Shown here: piece by piece, positions 37,801 through 52,800 of the stretch | Layout: each line of letters opens with the position of its first letter | Numbering within the stretch: the stretch's first letter is position 1 | NCBI GenBank assembly: GCA_964016885.1 | Contig: OZ024744.1 | Coordinates: forward strand, 7,936,001 to 8,000,000 | Length of the DNA stretch: 64,000 nucleotides | Reading direction: 5' to 3' | DNA from: Eledone cirrhosa | Taxonomy: Eukaryota | Position numbers and translations under genes: made by a program | The notes under the pieces: generated by a model | The model's database searches: none | What the model was told of the DNA's origin: nothing | The model's input: only the letters and a program-made list of their open reading frames with translations

Positions 37801-40800
37801 CTAGGGTGGTGGATTGGCAGAATAGGTAAAGGGTTTTTATACCATACTAGGGTGGTAGATTGGTAGTATAGGTAGAGGGTGTGACACCATACTAGGGTGG
37901 TGGATTGACAGTATAGGTAGAGGGTGTGACACGATACTAGGGTGGTAGATTGGAAGTATAGGTAGAGGGTGTGAAACCATGTTAGAGTGGTGGATTGGTA
38001 GTATTAGTAGAGTGTGTGACGCCATACTAGGGTGGTGGATTGGTAGTATTTTTAGAGGGTATGACACCATACTAGGGTGGTGGATTGGTAAAATAGGTAG
38101 AGGTTGTGACACCATACTAGGGTGGAGGAGTGACTGTATAGGTAGAGGGTGTGACACCATACTAGGTGGTAGATTCGTAGTATAGGTAAAGGGTGTGACA
38201 CCATACTAGGGTGGTAGATAGGTAGTATAGGTAGAGGGTGTGACACCATGTTAGGGTGGTAGATTGCTAGTATTAGTAGAGGGTGTGACATCATACTAGG
38301 GTGGTGGATTGGTAGTATTGGTAGAGGGTGTGACACCATACTAGGGTGGTGGATTGGCACTATATGTAGAGGGTTTGACACCATAGAAGGGTGGTAGATT
38401 GGTAGTATATGTAGAGGGTGTGACACCATACTAGGGTGGTAGATAGGTAGTATTGGTAGAGGGTGTGACACCATGTTAGGGTGGTGGATTGCTAGTATAG
38501 GTAGAGGGTGTGACACAATACTAGTATGGTGGATTGCCAGTATAGGTAGAGGGTCTGACACCATACTAGGGTGGTGGATTGCTAGTATAGGTAGACGGTG
38601 TGACACCATACTAGTGTGGTGGATTGACAGTATAGGTAGAGGGTGTGACACCATACTAGGGTGGTGGATTGGTAGTATAGGTAGAGGGTGTGACACCATA
38701 CTAGTGTGGTGGATTGGTAGTATAGGTAGAGGGTGAGATACCATACTAGAGTGGAGGATTGGTAGTATTGGTAGAGGGGTGACACCATACTAGGGTGGTG
38801 GATTGGTAGTATAGGTAGAGGGTGTGACACCATACTAGGGTGGTGGAGTGGTAGTATAGGTAGAGGGGGTGACACAATACTAGGGTGGTAGATTGGTAGT
38901 ATTGGTAGAGGGTGTGACACCATACTAGGGTGGTATATTGGTAGTATATGTAGAGGGTGTGACACCATACTAGGGTGGTGGATTGGTAGTATAGGTAGAG
39001 GGTGTGACACCATACTAGGGTGGTAGATTGGTAGTATAGGTAGAGGATGTGACACCATGGTAGGGTGGTAGATTGGTAGTATTAGTAGAGGGTGAGACAC
39101 CATACTAGGGTGGTGGATTGGTAGTATTAGTAGAGGGTGTCACACCATACTAGGGAGGTGGATTGGTAGTATTGGTAGAGGGTGTGACACCATACTAGGG
39201 TGGTGTATTGGCAGTATAGTTAGAGGGTTTGACACCATACTAGGGTGGTAGATTGGTAGTATATGTAGAGGGTGTGACACCATACTAGGGTGGTGGATTG
39301 GTAGTATTGGTAGAGGGTGTGACACCATACTAGGGTGGTAGATAGGTAGTATAGGTAGAGGGTTTGACACCATACTAGGGTGGTAGATTGGTAGTAAAGG
39401 TAGAGGGTGTGACACCATACTAGGGTGGTGGATTGGTAGTAGTGGTAGAGGGGGTGACACCATACTAGGGTGGTAGATAGGTAGTTTTGGTAGAGGCTGT
39501 GATACCATACTAGGGTGGTGGATTGGTAGTATTGTTAGAGGGTGTGACAGCATACTAGGGTGGTAGATAGGTAGTATTGGTAGAGGGTGTGACACCATGT
39601 TAGGGTGGTAGATTGGTAGTATAGGTAGAGGGTGTGACACCATACTGGGGTGGTTGATTGGTAGTATAGGTAGAGGGTGTGACACCATACTAGGGTGGTT
39701 GATTGGTAGTATTGGTAGAGGTTGTGACACGTTGTTAGGGTGGTGGATTGGTAGTATTGGTAGAGGGTGTGACACCATACTAGGGTGGTGGATTGGTAGT
39801 ATTGGTAGAGGGTGTGACACCATACTAGGATGGTGGAGTGACAGTATAGGTAGAGAGTGTGACACCATACTAGGGTGGTAGATTGGTAGTATAGGTAAAG
39901 GGTGTGACACCATACTAGGGTGGTAGATTGGTAGTATAGGTAGAGGGTGTGACACCATGGTAGGGTGGTAGATTGGTAGTATTAGTAGAGGGTGTGACAC
40001 GATACTAGGGTGGTGGATTGGTAGTATTGGTAGAGGGTGTGACACCATACTAGTATGGTGGATTGACAGTATAGGTAGAGGGTGTGACACCATACTAGGG
40101 TGGTGGATTGGTAGTATAGGTAGAGGGTGTGACACCATACTAGTGTGGTGGATTGGTAGTATAGGTAGAGGGTGAGATACCATACTAGAGTGGAGGATTG
40201 GTAGTATTGGTAGAGGGGTGACACCATACTAGCGTGGTGGATTGGTAGTATAGGTAGAGGGTGTGACACCATACTAGGGTGGTGGAGTGGTAGTATTGTT
40301 AGAGGGTGTGACACCATGGTAGGGTGGTAGATTGGTAGTATTGGTAGAGGGTGTGACACCATACTAGGGTGGTATATTGGTAGTATAGGTAGAGGATGTG
40401 ACACCATACTAGGGTGGTGAATTGGTAGTATAGGTAGAGGGTGTGACACCATACTAGGGTGGTAGATTGGTAGTATAGGTAGAGGATGTGACACCATGGT
40501 AGGGTGGTAGATTGGTAGTATTAGTAGAGGGTGAGACACCATACTAGGGTGGTGGATTGGTAGTATTAGTAGAGGGTGTCACACCATACTAGGGAGGTGG
40601 ATTGGTAGTATTGGTAGAGGGTGTGACACCATACTAGGGTGGTGTATTGGCAGTATAGGTAGAGGGTTTGACACCATACTAGGGTGGTAGATTGGTAGTA
40701 TAGGTAGAGGGTGTGACACCATACTAGGGTGGTGGATTGACAGTATAGGTAGAGGGTGTGACACCATACTAGGGTGGTAGATTGGTAGTATAGATAGAGG

Positions 40801-43800
40801 GTGTGAAACCATGTTAGAGTGGTGGATTGGTAAAATAGGTAGAGGGTGTGACACCATACTAGGGCGGCAGATTGGTAGTATTGGTAGAGGGTGTGACACC
40901 ATACTAGGGTGGTAGATAGGTAGTATAGGTAGAGGGTTTGACACCATACTAAGGTGGTAGATTGGTAGTATAAGTAGAGGGTGTGACACCATACTAGGGT
41001 GGTGGATTGGTAGTAGTGGTAGAGGGTGTGACACCATGTTAGGGTGGTAGATTGGTAGTATTGGTAGAGGGTGTGACTCGATACTAGGGTGGTAGATTGG
41101 TAGTATTGGTAGAGGGTGTGACACCATACTAGGGTGGTGGATTAGCAGTATAGGTAGAGGGTGTGACACCATGTTAGGGTGGTAGAATGGTAGTATAGGT
41201 AGAGGGTGTGACATCATACTAGGGTGGTGGATTGGTAGTATAGGTAGAGGGTCTGACACCATGTTAGGGTGGTGGATTGCTAGTATTAGTAGAGGGTGTG
41301 ACACCATGTAAGGGTGGTGGATTGGTAGTATTGGTAGAGGGTGTGACACCATACTAGGGTGGTGGATTGCTAGTATAGGTAGAGGGTGCTACACCATACC
41401 AGTATGGTGGATTGGCAGTATAGGGAGATGGTCTGACACCATAGTAGGGTTGTGGATTGCTAGTATAGGTAGAGGGTGTGACACCATACTAGGGTGGTGG
41501 ATTGACAGTATAGGTAGAGGGTGTGACACTATACTAGGGTGGTGGATTGGTAGTATTGGTAGAGGGTCTGACACCATACTAGGGTGGTGGATTGGTAGTA
41601 TAGGTAGAGGGTGTGACACCATACTAGGGTCTTGGATTGACAGTATATGTAGAGGGTGTGACACCATACTAGGGTGGTGGATTGGTAGTATTGGTAGAGG
41701 TGTGAAACCATGTTAGGGTGGTGGATTGGTAGTATTGGTAGAGGGTGTGACACCATACTAGGGTGTTGGATTGCTATTATAGGTAGAGGGTGCTACACCA
41801 TACTAGTATGGTGGATTGGCAGTATAGGGAGAGGATGTGACACCATACTAGTATGGTGGATTGGCAGTATAAGTAGAGGGTGTGACACCATACTAGGTTG
41901 GTGGATTGTTAGTATAGGTAGAGGGTGTGACACCATACTAGGGTGGTGGATTGGTAGTATAGTTAGAGGTTTTGACACCAAACTAGGGTGGTGGATTGGT
42001 AGTATTGGTAGAGGGTATGACACCATACTAGGGTGGTGGATTGGTAGTATCGGTAGAGGATGTGACACCATACTAGGGTGGTGGATTGGCAGTATATGTA
42101 AAGGGTTTTTATACCATACTAGGGTGGTAGATTGGTAGTATAGGTAGAGGGTGTGACACCATACAAGGGTGGTGGATTGACAGTATAGGTAGAGGGTGTG
42201 ACACCATACTAGGGTGGTAGATTGGAAGTATAGGTAGAGGGTGTGAAACCATGTTAGAATGGTGGATTGGTAGTATTGGTAGAGGGTGTGACACCATACT
42301 AGGGTGGTGGATTGGTAGTATAGGTAGAGGGTGTGACACTATACTAGGGTGGGGGTGTGACAGTATAGGTAGAGGGTGTGATACCATACTAGGGTGGTGG
42401 ATTGACAGTATAGGTAGACGGTGTGACACCATGTTAGGGTGGTAGATTGGTAGTATAGGTAGAGGGTGTGATACCATACTAGGGTGGTTGATTGACAGTA
42501 TAGGTAGAGGTTGTGACACCATACTAGGGTGGTGGATTGGTAGTATTGGTAGAGGATGTGACATCATACTAGGGTGGTGGATTGGTAGTATAGGTAGAGT
42601 TTGCGACAACATGTTAGTGTGGTAGATTAGTAGTATAGGTAGAGGGTGTGACACCATACTAGGATGGTGGATTGGTAGTATTGGTAGAGGGTCGGACACC
42701 ATACTAGGGTAGTGGATTGGTAGTATAGGTAGAGGGTGTGACACCATACTAGGGTCTTGGATTGACAGTATATGTAGAGGGTGTGACACCATACTAGGGT
42801 GGTAGATTGGTAGTATAGGTAGAGGGTGTGAAACCATGTTAGGGTGGTGGATTGGTAGTATTGGTAGAGGGTGTGACACCATACTAGGGTGGTGGATTGG
42901 TAGTATAGGTAGATGGTGTGACACCATACTGGGTGGTAGATTGGTAGTATTGGTAGAGGGTGTGACACCATACTAGGGTGGTGCATTGGTTGTATTGGTA
43001 GAGGGTCTGACACCATACTAGGGTGGTGGATTGGTTGTATTGGTAGAGGGTCTGACACCATACTAGGGTGGTGGATTGGTAGTATAGGTAGAGGGTGTGA
43101 CACCATACTAGGGTCTTGGATTGACAGTATATGTAGAGGGTGTGACACCATACTAGGGTGGTGGATTGGTAGTATTGGTAGAGGGTATGACACCATACTA
43201 GGATGGTGGATTGGTAGTATCGGTAGAGGATGTGACACCATACTAGGGTGGTGGATTGGCAGTATAGGTAAAGGGTTTTTATACCATACTAGGGTGGTAG
43301 ATTGGTAGTATAGGTAGAGGGTGTGACACCATACAAGGGTGGTGGATTGACAGTATAGGTAGAGGGTGTGACACCATACTAGGGTGGTAGATTGGAAGTA
43401 TAGGTAGAGGGTGTGACACCATACTAGGGTCTTGTATTGACAGTATATGTAGAGGGTGTGACACCATACTAGGGTGGTAGATTGGTAGTATAGGTAGAGG
43501 GTGTGAAACCATGTTAGGGTGGTGGATTGGTAGTATTGGTAGAGGGTGTGACACCATACTAGGGTGGTGGATTGGTAGTATAGGTAGATGGTGTGACACC
43601 ATACTAGGGTGGTAGATTGGTAGTATTGGTAGAGGGTGTGACACCATACTAGTGTGGTGGATTGGCAGTATAGGTAGAGTGTGTGACACCATGTTATGCT
43701 GGTAGATTGGTAGTATAGGTAGAGGGTGTGACAGTATACTAGGGTGGTGGATTGGTAGTATTGGTATAGGGTCTGACACCATGTTAGGGTGGTGGATTGG

Positions 43801-46800
43801 TAGTATTGGTAGAGGGTGTGACACCATGTTAGGGTGGTGGATTGGTAGTATTGGTAGAGGGTGTGACACCATACTAGGGTGGTGGATTGGTAGTATAGGT
43901 AGAGGGTGTGACACCATACTAGGGTGGTGGATTGCTATTATAGGTAGAGGGTGTGACACCATACTTGTTTGGTGGATTGGCAGTATAGGTAGAGGGGGTG
44001 ACACCATACTAGTATGGTGGATTGGCAGTATAAGTAGAGGGTGTGACACAATACTAGGGTGGTGGATTGGTAGTATATGTAGAGGATGTGACACCATACT
44101 AGGGTGGTGGATTGACAGTTTATGTAGAGGATGTGACACCATGTTAGGGTGGTAGATTGGTAGTATTGGTAGAGGGTGTGACACAATACTAGGGTGGTGG
44201 ATTGGTAGTATATGTAGAGGATGTGACACCATACTAGGGTGGTGGATTGACAGTTTAGGTAGAGGATGTGACACCATGTTAGGGTGGTGGATTGGTAGTA
44301 TTGGTAGAGGGTGTGACACCATGTTAGGGTGGTACATTGGTTGTATTGGTAGAGGGTGTGACACCATTGTAGGGTGGTAGATTGGTAGTATTGGTAGAGG
44401 GTGTGAATCCATACTAGGGTGGTTGATTGGTAGTATAGGTAGAGGGTGTGACACCATATTAGGGTGGTAGATTGGTAGTATTGGTAGAGGCTGTGACACC
44501 ATACTAGGGTGGTGGAGTGGTAGTATTGTTAGAGGGTGTGACACCATGGTAGGGTGGTAGATTGGTAGTATTGGTAGAGGGTGTGACACCATACTAGGGT
44601 GGTATATTGGTAGTATAGGTAGAGGATGTGACACCATACTAGGGTGGTGAATTGGTAGTATAGGTAGAGGGTGTGACACCATACTAGGGTGGTAGATTGG
44701 TAGTATAGGTAGAGGATGTGACACCATGGTAGGGTGGTAGATTGGTAGTATTAGTAGAGGGTGAGACACCATACTAGGGTGGTGGATTGGTAGTATTAGT
44801 AGAGGGTGTCACACCATACTAGGGAGGTGGATTGGTAGTATTGGTAGAGGGTGTGACACCATACTAGGGTGGTGTATTGGCAGTATAGGTAGAGGGTTTG
44901 ACACCATACTAGGGTGGTAGATTGGTAGTATAGGTAGAGGGTGTGACACCATACTAGGGTGGTGGATTGACAGTATAGGTAGAGGGTGTGACACCATACT
45001 AGGGTGGTAGATTGGTAGTATAAGTAGAGGGTGTGATACCATACTAGGGTGGTTGATTGACAGTATAGATAGAAGGTGTGACACCATATTAGGGTGGTGG
45101 ATTGTTAGTATTGGTAGAGGATGTGACATCATACTAGGTTGGTGGATTGGTAGTATAGGTAGAGGGTGTGACACCATGTTAGGGTGGTAGATTAGTAGTA
45201 TAGGTAGAGGTTGTGACACCATACTAGGGTGGTGGATTGGTAGTATTGGTAGAGGGTGTGACACCATGTTAGAGTGGTGGATTGGTAGTATTGGTAGAGT
45301 GTATGACACCATACTAGGTTGGTGGATTGGTAGTATTAGTAGAGCGTCTGACACCATACTAGGGTGGTGGATTGGCAGTATAGGTAGAGGGTGTGACACC
45401 ATGTTAGTGTGGTAGATTGGTAGTATAGGTAGAGGGTGTGACAGCATACTAGGCTGGTGGATTGGTAGTATAGGTAGGGGTTCTGACAACATGTTAGGGT
45501 GGTGGATTGGTAGTATTCGTAGAGGGTGTGACACCATAGTAGGGTGGTAGATTGGTAGTATTGGTAGAGGGTGTGACACCATACTAGGGTGTTAGATTGG
45601 TAGTATTGGTAGAGTGTATGACACCATACTAGGGTGGTGGATTGGTAGTATTGGTAGAGGGTGTGACACCATACTAGCGTGGTGGATTGGTAGTATAGGT
45701 AGAGGGTGTGACACCATACTAGGGTGGTGGATTGCTATTATAGGTAGGGGGTGCTACACCATACTAGTATGGTGGATTGGCAGTATAGGTAGAGGGTGTG
45801 ACACCATACTAGTATGGTGGATTGGCAGTATAAGTAGAGGATGTGACACCATACTAGGGTGGTGGATTGTTAGTATAGGTAGAGGGTGTGACACCATACT
45901 AGAGGGGTAGATTGGTAGTATTGGTAGAGGGTCTGACACCATACTAGGGTGATAGATAGGTAGTATAGGTAGAGGGTGTGACACCATGGTAGGGTGGTAG
46001 ATTGCTAGTATTAGTAGAGGGTGTGACACCATACTAGGATGGTGGATTGGTAGTATTGGTAGAGGGTATGACACCATACTAGGGTGGTGGATTGGTAGTA
46101 TTGGTAGAGGGTTTGACACCATACTTGGGTGGTGGATTGGCAGTATAGGTAGAGGGTTTGACACCATACGAGGGTGGTAGATTGGTAGTATAGGTAGAAT
46201 GTGGGTAACCATGTTAGAGTGGTGGATTGGTAGTATTGGTAGAGGGTGTGACACCATACTCGGGTGGTGGATTGGTAAAATAGGTAGATGGTGTGACACC
46301 ATACTAGGGTGATAGATTGGTAGTATTGGTAGACGGTGTGACACCATACTAGGGTGGAGGAGTGACAGTATAGGTAGAGGGTGTGACACCATACTAGGGT
46401 GGTAGATTGGTAGTATAGGTAATGGGTGTGACACCATACTAGGGTGGAGGAGTGACAGTATAGGTAGAGGGTGTGGTACCATACTAGGGTGGTAGATTGG
46501 TAGTATAGGTAAAGGTTGTGACACCATACTAGGGTGGTGGATTGGTAGTATAAGTAGAGGGTGTGACACCATACTAGGGTGGTAGATAGGTAGTATAGGT
46601 AGAGGGTGTGACACCATGATAGGGTGGTAGATTGCTAGTATTAGTAGAGGGTGTGACACCATACAAGGGTGTTGAATTGGTAGTATTGGTAGAGGGTATA
46701 ACACCATACTAGGGTGGAGGAGTGACAGTATATGTAGAGGGTGTGACACCATACTAGGGTGGTGGATTGGTAGTAGTGGTAGAGGGCGTGACACCATACA

Positions 46801-49800
46801 AGGGTGGTAGATTGGTAGTATTGATAGAGGGTGTGATACCATACTAGGGTGTTGGATTGGTAGTATTGTTAGAGGGTGTGACACCATACTAGGGTGGTAG
46901 ATATGTAGGATTGGTAGAGGGTGTGACACCATACTAGGGTGGTTGATTGGTAGTGTAGGTAGAGGGTGTGACACCATACTAGGGTGCTAGATTGGTAGTA
47001 TAGGAAGAGGGTGTGATACCATACTATGGTGGGTGATTGACAGTATAGGTAGACGGTGTGACACCATACTAGGATGGTAGATTGGTAGTATTGGTAGAGG
47101 GTGTGACACCATACGAGGGTGGTGGATTGGTAGTATAGGTAGAGGGTGTGACACCATACTAGGGTGGTGGATTGCTAGTATAAGTAGAGGGTGTGAAACC
47201 ATGGTAGGGTGGTAGATTGGTAGTATTAGTAGAGGGTGTGACACCATACTAGGTTGGTGGATTGGCAGTATAGGTAGAGGGTGTGACATCATGTTAGGGT
47301 GGTAGATTGGTAGTATAGGTAGAGGGTGTGACAGTATACTAGGGTGGTGGATTGGTAGTATAGGTAGAGGTTCTGACACCATGTTAGGGTGGTGGATTGG
47401 TAGTATTGGTAGAGGGTGTGACACCATGTTAAGGTGGTGGATTGGTAGTATTGGTAGAGGGTGTGACACCATAGTAGGGTGGTAGATTGGTAGTATTGGT
47501 AGAGGGTTTGACACCATACTAGGGTGTTGATTGGTAGTGTAGGTAGAGGGTGTGACACCATACTAGGGTGTTAGATTGGTAGTATTGGTAGAGGGTGTGA
47601 CACCATACTAGGGTGGTGGATTGGTAGTATTGGTAGAGGGTGTGACACCATACTAGGGTGGTGGATTGGTAGTATATGTAGAGGGTGTGACACCATACTA
47701 GGGTGGTGGATTGGTAGTTTAGTTAGAGGGTGTGACACCATACTAGAGGAGTAGATTGGTAGTATTGGTAGAGGGTCTGATACCATACTAGGGTGGTTGA
47801 TTGGTAGTATAGGTAGAGGGTGTGACACCATTCTAGGGTGGTAGATAGGTAGTATAGGTAGAGGGTGTGACACCATGGTAGGGTGGTAGATTGCTAGTAT
47901 TATTAGAGGGTGTGACACCATACTAGGGTGGTGGATTGGTAGTATTGGTAGAGGGTGTGACACCATACTAGGATGGTGGATTGTTAGTATTGGTAGAGGG
48001 TGGGACACCATGTTAGGGTGGTGGATTGGTAGTATTGGTAGAGGTTGTGACACCATTGTAGGGTGGTAGATTGGTAGTATTGGTAGAGGGTGTGACACCA
48101 TACTAGGGTGGTAGATTGGTAGTATAAGTAGAGGGTGTGATACCATACTAGGGTGGTTGATTGACAGTATAGATAGAAGGTGTGACACCATATTAGGGTG
48201 GTAGATTAGTAGTATAGGTAGAGGGTGTGACACCATACTAGGGTGGTGGATTGGTAGTATTGGTAGAGGGTGTGACACCATGTTAGATTGGTGGATTGAT
48301 AGTATTGGTACAGGGTGTGATACCATACTAGGGTGGTGGATTGGCAGTATAGGTAGAGTGTGTGACACCATGTTAGGGTGGTAGATTGGTAGTATAGGTA
48401 GAGGGTGTGACAGCATACTAGGGTGGTGGATTGGTAGTATTGGTAGAGGGTGTGACACCATACTAGGGTGGTGGATTGGTAGTATTGCTAGAGGGTGTGA
48501 CACCATACTAGGGTGGTGGATTGGTAGTAGAGGTTGAGGGTGTGACACCATACTAGGGTGGTAGATTGGTAGTATAGGTAGAGGGTGTGACACCATGGTA
48601 GGATGGTAGATTGGTAGTATTAGTAGAGGGTGTGACACGATTCTAGGGTGGTAGATTGGTAGTATAGGTAGAGGGTGTGAAACCATGTCAGAGTGGTGGA
48701 TTGGTAGTATTGTTAGAGGGTGTGACACCATACTAAGGTTGTGGATTGGTAGTATAGGTAGAGGTTGTGACACCATACTAGGGTGGTGGATTGGTAATAT
48801 TGGTAGAGGGTGTGACACGATACTAGGGTGGTGGAGTGACAGTATAGGTAGAGAGTGTGACACCATACTCGGGTGGTGGATTGGTAAAATAGGTAGAGGG
48901 TGTGACACCATACTAGGGTGGTGGATTGGTAGTATAGGTAGAGGGTGTGACACCATACTAGGTTGGTAGATAGGTAGTATAGGTAGAGGGTGTGACACCA
49001 TGGTAGGGTGGTAGATTGGTAGTATTGGTAGAGGGTGTGACACCATACTAGTCTGGTGGATTGGCACTATATGTAGAGGGTTTGACACCATACTAGGATG
49101 GTAGATTGGTATTATAGGTAGAGGGTGTGACACCATACTAGGGTGGTGGATTGGTAGTATAGGTAGAGGGTGTGACACCATACTAGGGTGGTGGATTGGT
49201 AGTAGTGGTAGTGAGTGTGATACCATACTAGGGTGGTGGATTGGTAGTATTGTTAGAGGGTGTGACACCATACTAGGATGGTAGATAGGTAGTATTGGTA
49301 GAGGGTGTGACACCATACTAGGGTGGTAGTGTGACAGTATATGTAGAGGGTGTGACACCATACTAGGGTGGTAGATTGGTAGTATAGGTAGAGGGTGTGA
49401 CACCATACTAGGGTGGTGGATTGGTAGTATAGGTAGAGGGTGTGACACCATACTAGGATGGTAGATAGGTGGTATTGGTAGAGGGTGTGACACCATACTA
49501 GGGTGGTAGAGTGACAGTATATGTAGAGGGTGTGACACCATACTAGGGTGGTGGATTGGTAGTAGTGGTAGAGGGTGTGATACCATACTAGGGTGGTGGA
49601 TTGGTAGTATTAGTAGAGGGTGTGACACCATACTGGGGTGGTAGATTGGTAGTATTGGTAGAGGGTGTGACACCATACTAGGGTGGTGGAGTGACAGTAT
49701 CGGTAGAGGGTGTGACACCATAGTAGGGTGGTAAATTGGTAGTATAGGTAAAGGGTGTGACACCATACTAGGGTGGTGGATTGGTAGTATTGGTAGAGGG

Positions 49801-52800
49801 TGTGACACCATGGTAGGGTGGTAGATTGCTAGTATTAGTAGAGGATGTGACACAATACTAGGGTGGTGGATTGGTAGTATTGGTAGAGGTTATGACACTA
49901 TACTAGGGTGGTGGATTGGTAGTATTGGTAGAGGGTGTGACACCATACTAGGGTGGTGGATTGGCACTATAGGTAGAGGGTTTGACACCATACTAGGGTG
50001 GTAGATTGGTAGTATGGGTAGAGGGTGTGACACCATACTAGGGTGGTTGATTGGTAGTATAGGTAGAGGGTGTGTCACCATACTAGCGTGGTGGATTGGT
50101 AGTATATGTAGAGGGTGTGAAACCATGGTAGGGTGGTAGATTGGTAGTATAGGTAGAGGTTGTGACAGCATACTAGGGTGGTGGATTGGCAGTATAGGTA
50201 GAGGGTGTGACAACATGTTAGGGTGGTAGATTGGTAGTATAGGTAGAAGGTGTGACAGCATACTAGGGTGGTGGATTGGTAGTATAGGTAGCGGTTCTGA
50301 CACCATGTTAGGGTGGTGGATTGGTAGTATTGGTAGAGGGTGTGACACGATGTTAGGGTGGTGGATTGGTAGTATTGGTAGAGGGTGTGACACCATAGTA
50401 GGGTGGTAGATTGGTATTATTGGTAGAGGGTTTGACACCATACTAGGGTGTTGATTGGTAGTATAGGTAGAGGGTGTGACACCATACTAGGGTGTTAGAT
50501 TGGTAGTATTGGTAGAGGGTGTGACACCATACTAGGGTGGTGGATTGGTAGAATTGGTAGAGGGTGTGACACGATACTAGGGTGGTGGATTGGTAGTATT
50601 GGTAGAGGGTGTGACACCATACTAGGGTGGTGGATTGGTAGTATAGGTAGAGGGTGTGACACCATACTAGGGTGGTGGATTGGTAGTATAGGTAGAGGGT
50701 GTGACACCATACTAGGGTGGTGGATTGCTATTATAGGTAGAACGTGTGACACCATACTAGAGGGGTAGATTGGTAGTATTGGTAGAGGGTCTGATACCAT
50801 ACTAGGGTGGTTGATTGGTAGTATAGGTAGAGGGTGTGACACCATACTAGGGTGGTACATAGGTAGTATAGGTAGAGGGTGTGACACCATGGTAGGGTGG
50901 TAGATTGGTATTATAGGTAGAGGTTGTGACAGCATACTAGGGTGGTGGATTGGCAGTATAGGTAGAGGGTGTGACAACATGTTAGGGTGGTAGATTGGTA
51001 GTATAGGTAGAAGGTGTGACAGCATACTAGGGTGGTGGATTGGTAGTATAGGTAGCGGTTCTGACACCATGTTAGGGTGGTGGATGGGTAGTATTGGTAG
51101 AGGGTGTGACACCATGTTAGGGTGGTGGATTGGTAGTATTGGTAGAGGGTGTGACACCATAGTAGGGTGGTAGATTGGTAGTATTGGTGGAGGGTTTGAC
51201 ACCATACTAGGGTGTTGATTGGTAGTATAGGTAGAAGGTGTGACACCATACTAGGGTGTTAGATTGGTAGTATTGGTAGAGGGTGTGACACCATACTAGG
51301 GTGGTGGATTGGTAGAATTGGTAGAGGGTGTGACACAATACTAGGGTGGTGGATTGGTAGTATTGGTAGAGGGTGTGACACCATGGTAGGGTGGTAGATT
51401 GCTAGTATTAGTAGAGGATGTGACACAATACTAGGGTGGTGGATTGGTAGTATTGGTAGAGGTTATGACACCATACTAGGGTGGTCGATTGGTAGTATTG
51501 GTAGAGGGTGTGACACCATACTAGGGTGGTGGATTGGCACTATAGGTAGAGGGTTTGACACCATACTAGGGTGGTTGTGTGACAGTATATGTAGAGGGTG
51601 TGATACCATACTAGGGTGGTTGATTGGTAGTATAGGTAGAGGGTGTGTCACCATACTAGCGTGGTGGATTGGTAGTATAAGTAGAGGGTGTGAAACCATG
51701 GTAGGGTGGTAGATTGGTAGTATAGGTAGAGGTTGTGACAGCATACTAGGGTGGTGGATTGGCAGTATAGGTAGAGGGTGTGACAACATGTTAGGGTGGT
51801 AGATTGGTAGTATAGGTAGAAGGTGTGACAGCATACTAGGGTGGTGGATTGGTAGTATAGGTAGCGGTTCTGACACCATGTTAGGGTGGTGGATTGGTAG
51901 TATTGGTAGAGGGTGTGACACCATAGTAGGGTGGTAGATTGGTAGTATTGGTAGAGGGTTTGACACCATACTAGGGTGTTGATTGGTAGTATAGGTAGAG
52001 GGTGTGACACCATACTAGGGTGGTGGATTGGTAGAATTGGTAGAGGGTGTGACACGATACTAGGGTGGTGGATTGGTAGTATTGGTAGAGGGTGTGACAC
52101 CATACTAGGGTGGTGGATTGGTAGTATAGGTAGAGGGTGTGACACCATACTAGGGTGGTGGATTGGTAGTATAGGTAGAGGGTGTGACACCATACTAGGG
52201 TGGTGGATTGCTATTATAGGTAGAAGGTGTGACACCATACTAGAGGGGTGGATTGGTAGTATTGGTAGAGGGTGTGACACCATACTAGGGTGGTGGATTG
52301 GTAGTATTGGTAGAGGGTGTGACACCATATTAGTGTGGTGAATTGGTAGTATAGGTAGAGGGTGTGACACCATACTAGGGTGGTGGATTGCTATTATAGG
52401 TAGAGGGTGCTACACCATACTAGTATGGTGGATTGGCAGTATTGGTAGAGGGTGTGACACTATACTAGGGTGGTGGATTGGTAGAATTGGTAGAGGGTGT
52501 GATACCATACTAGGGTGGTGGATTGGTAGTATTGGTAGAGGGTGTGACACCATACTAGGGAGGTGGATTGGTAGTATTGGTAGAGGGTCTGACACCATAC
52601 TAGGGTGGTGGATTGGTAGTATAGGTGGAGGGTGTGACACCATACTAGGATGGTAGATTGCTAGTATTAATAGAGCGTTTGACACCATACTAGGGTGGTG
52701 GATTGGTAGTATTGGTAGAGGGTATGACACCGTACTAGGGTGGTGGATAGGTAGTATTGGTAGAGGGTGTGACAGCATACTAGGGTGGTAGATTGGTAGT

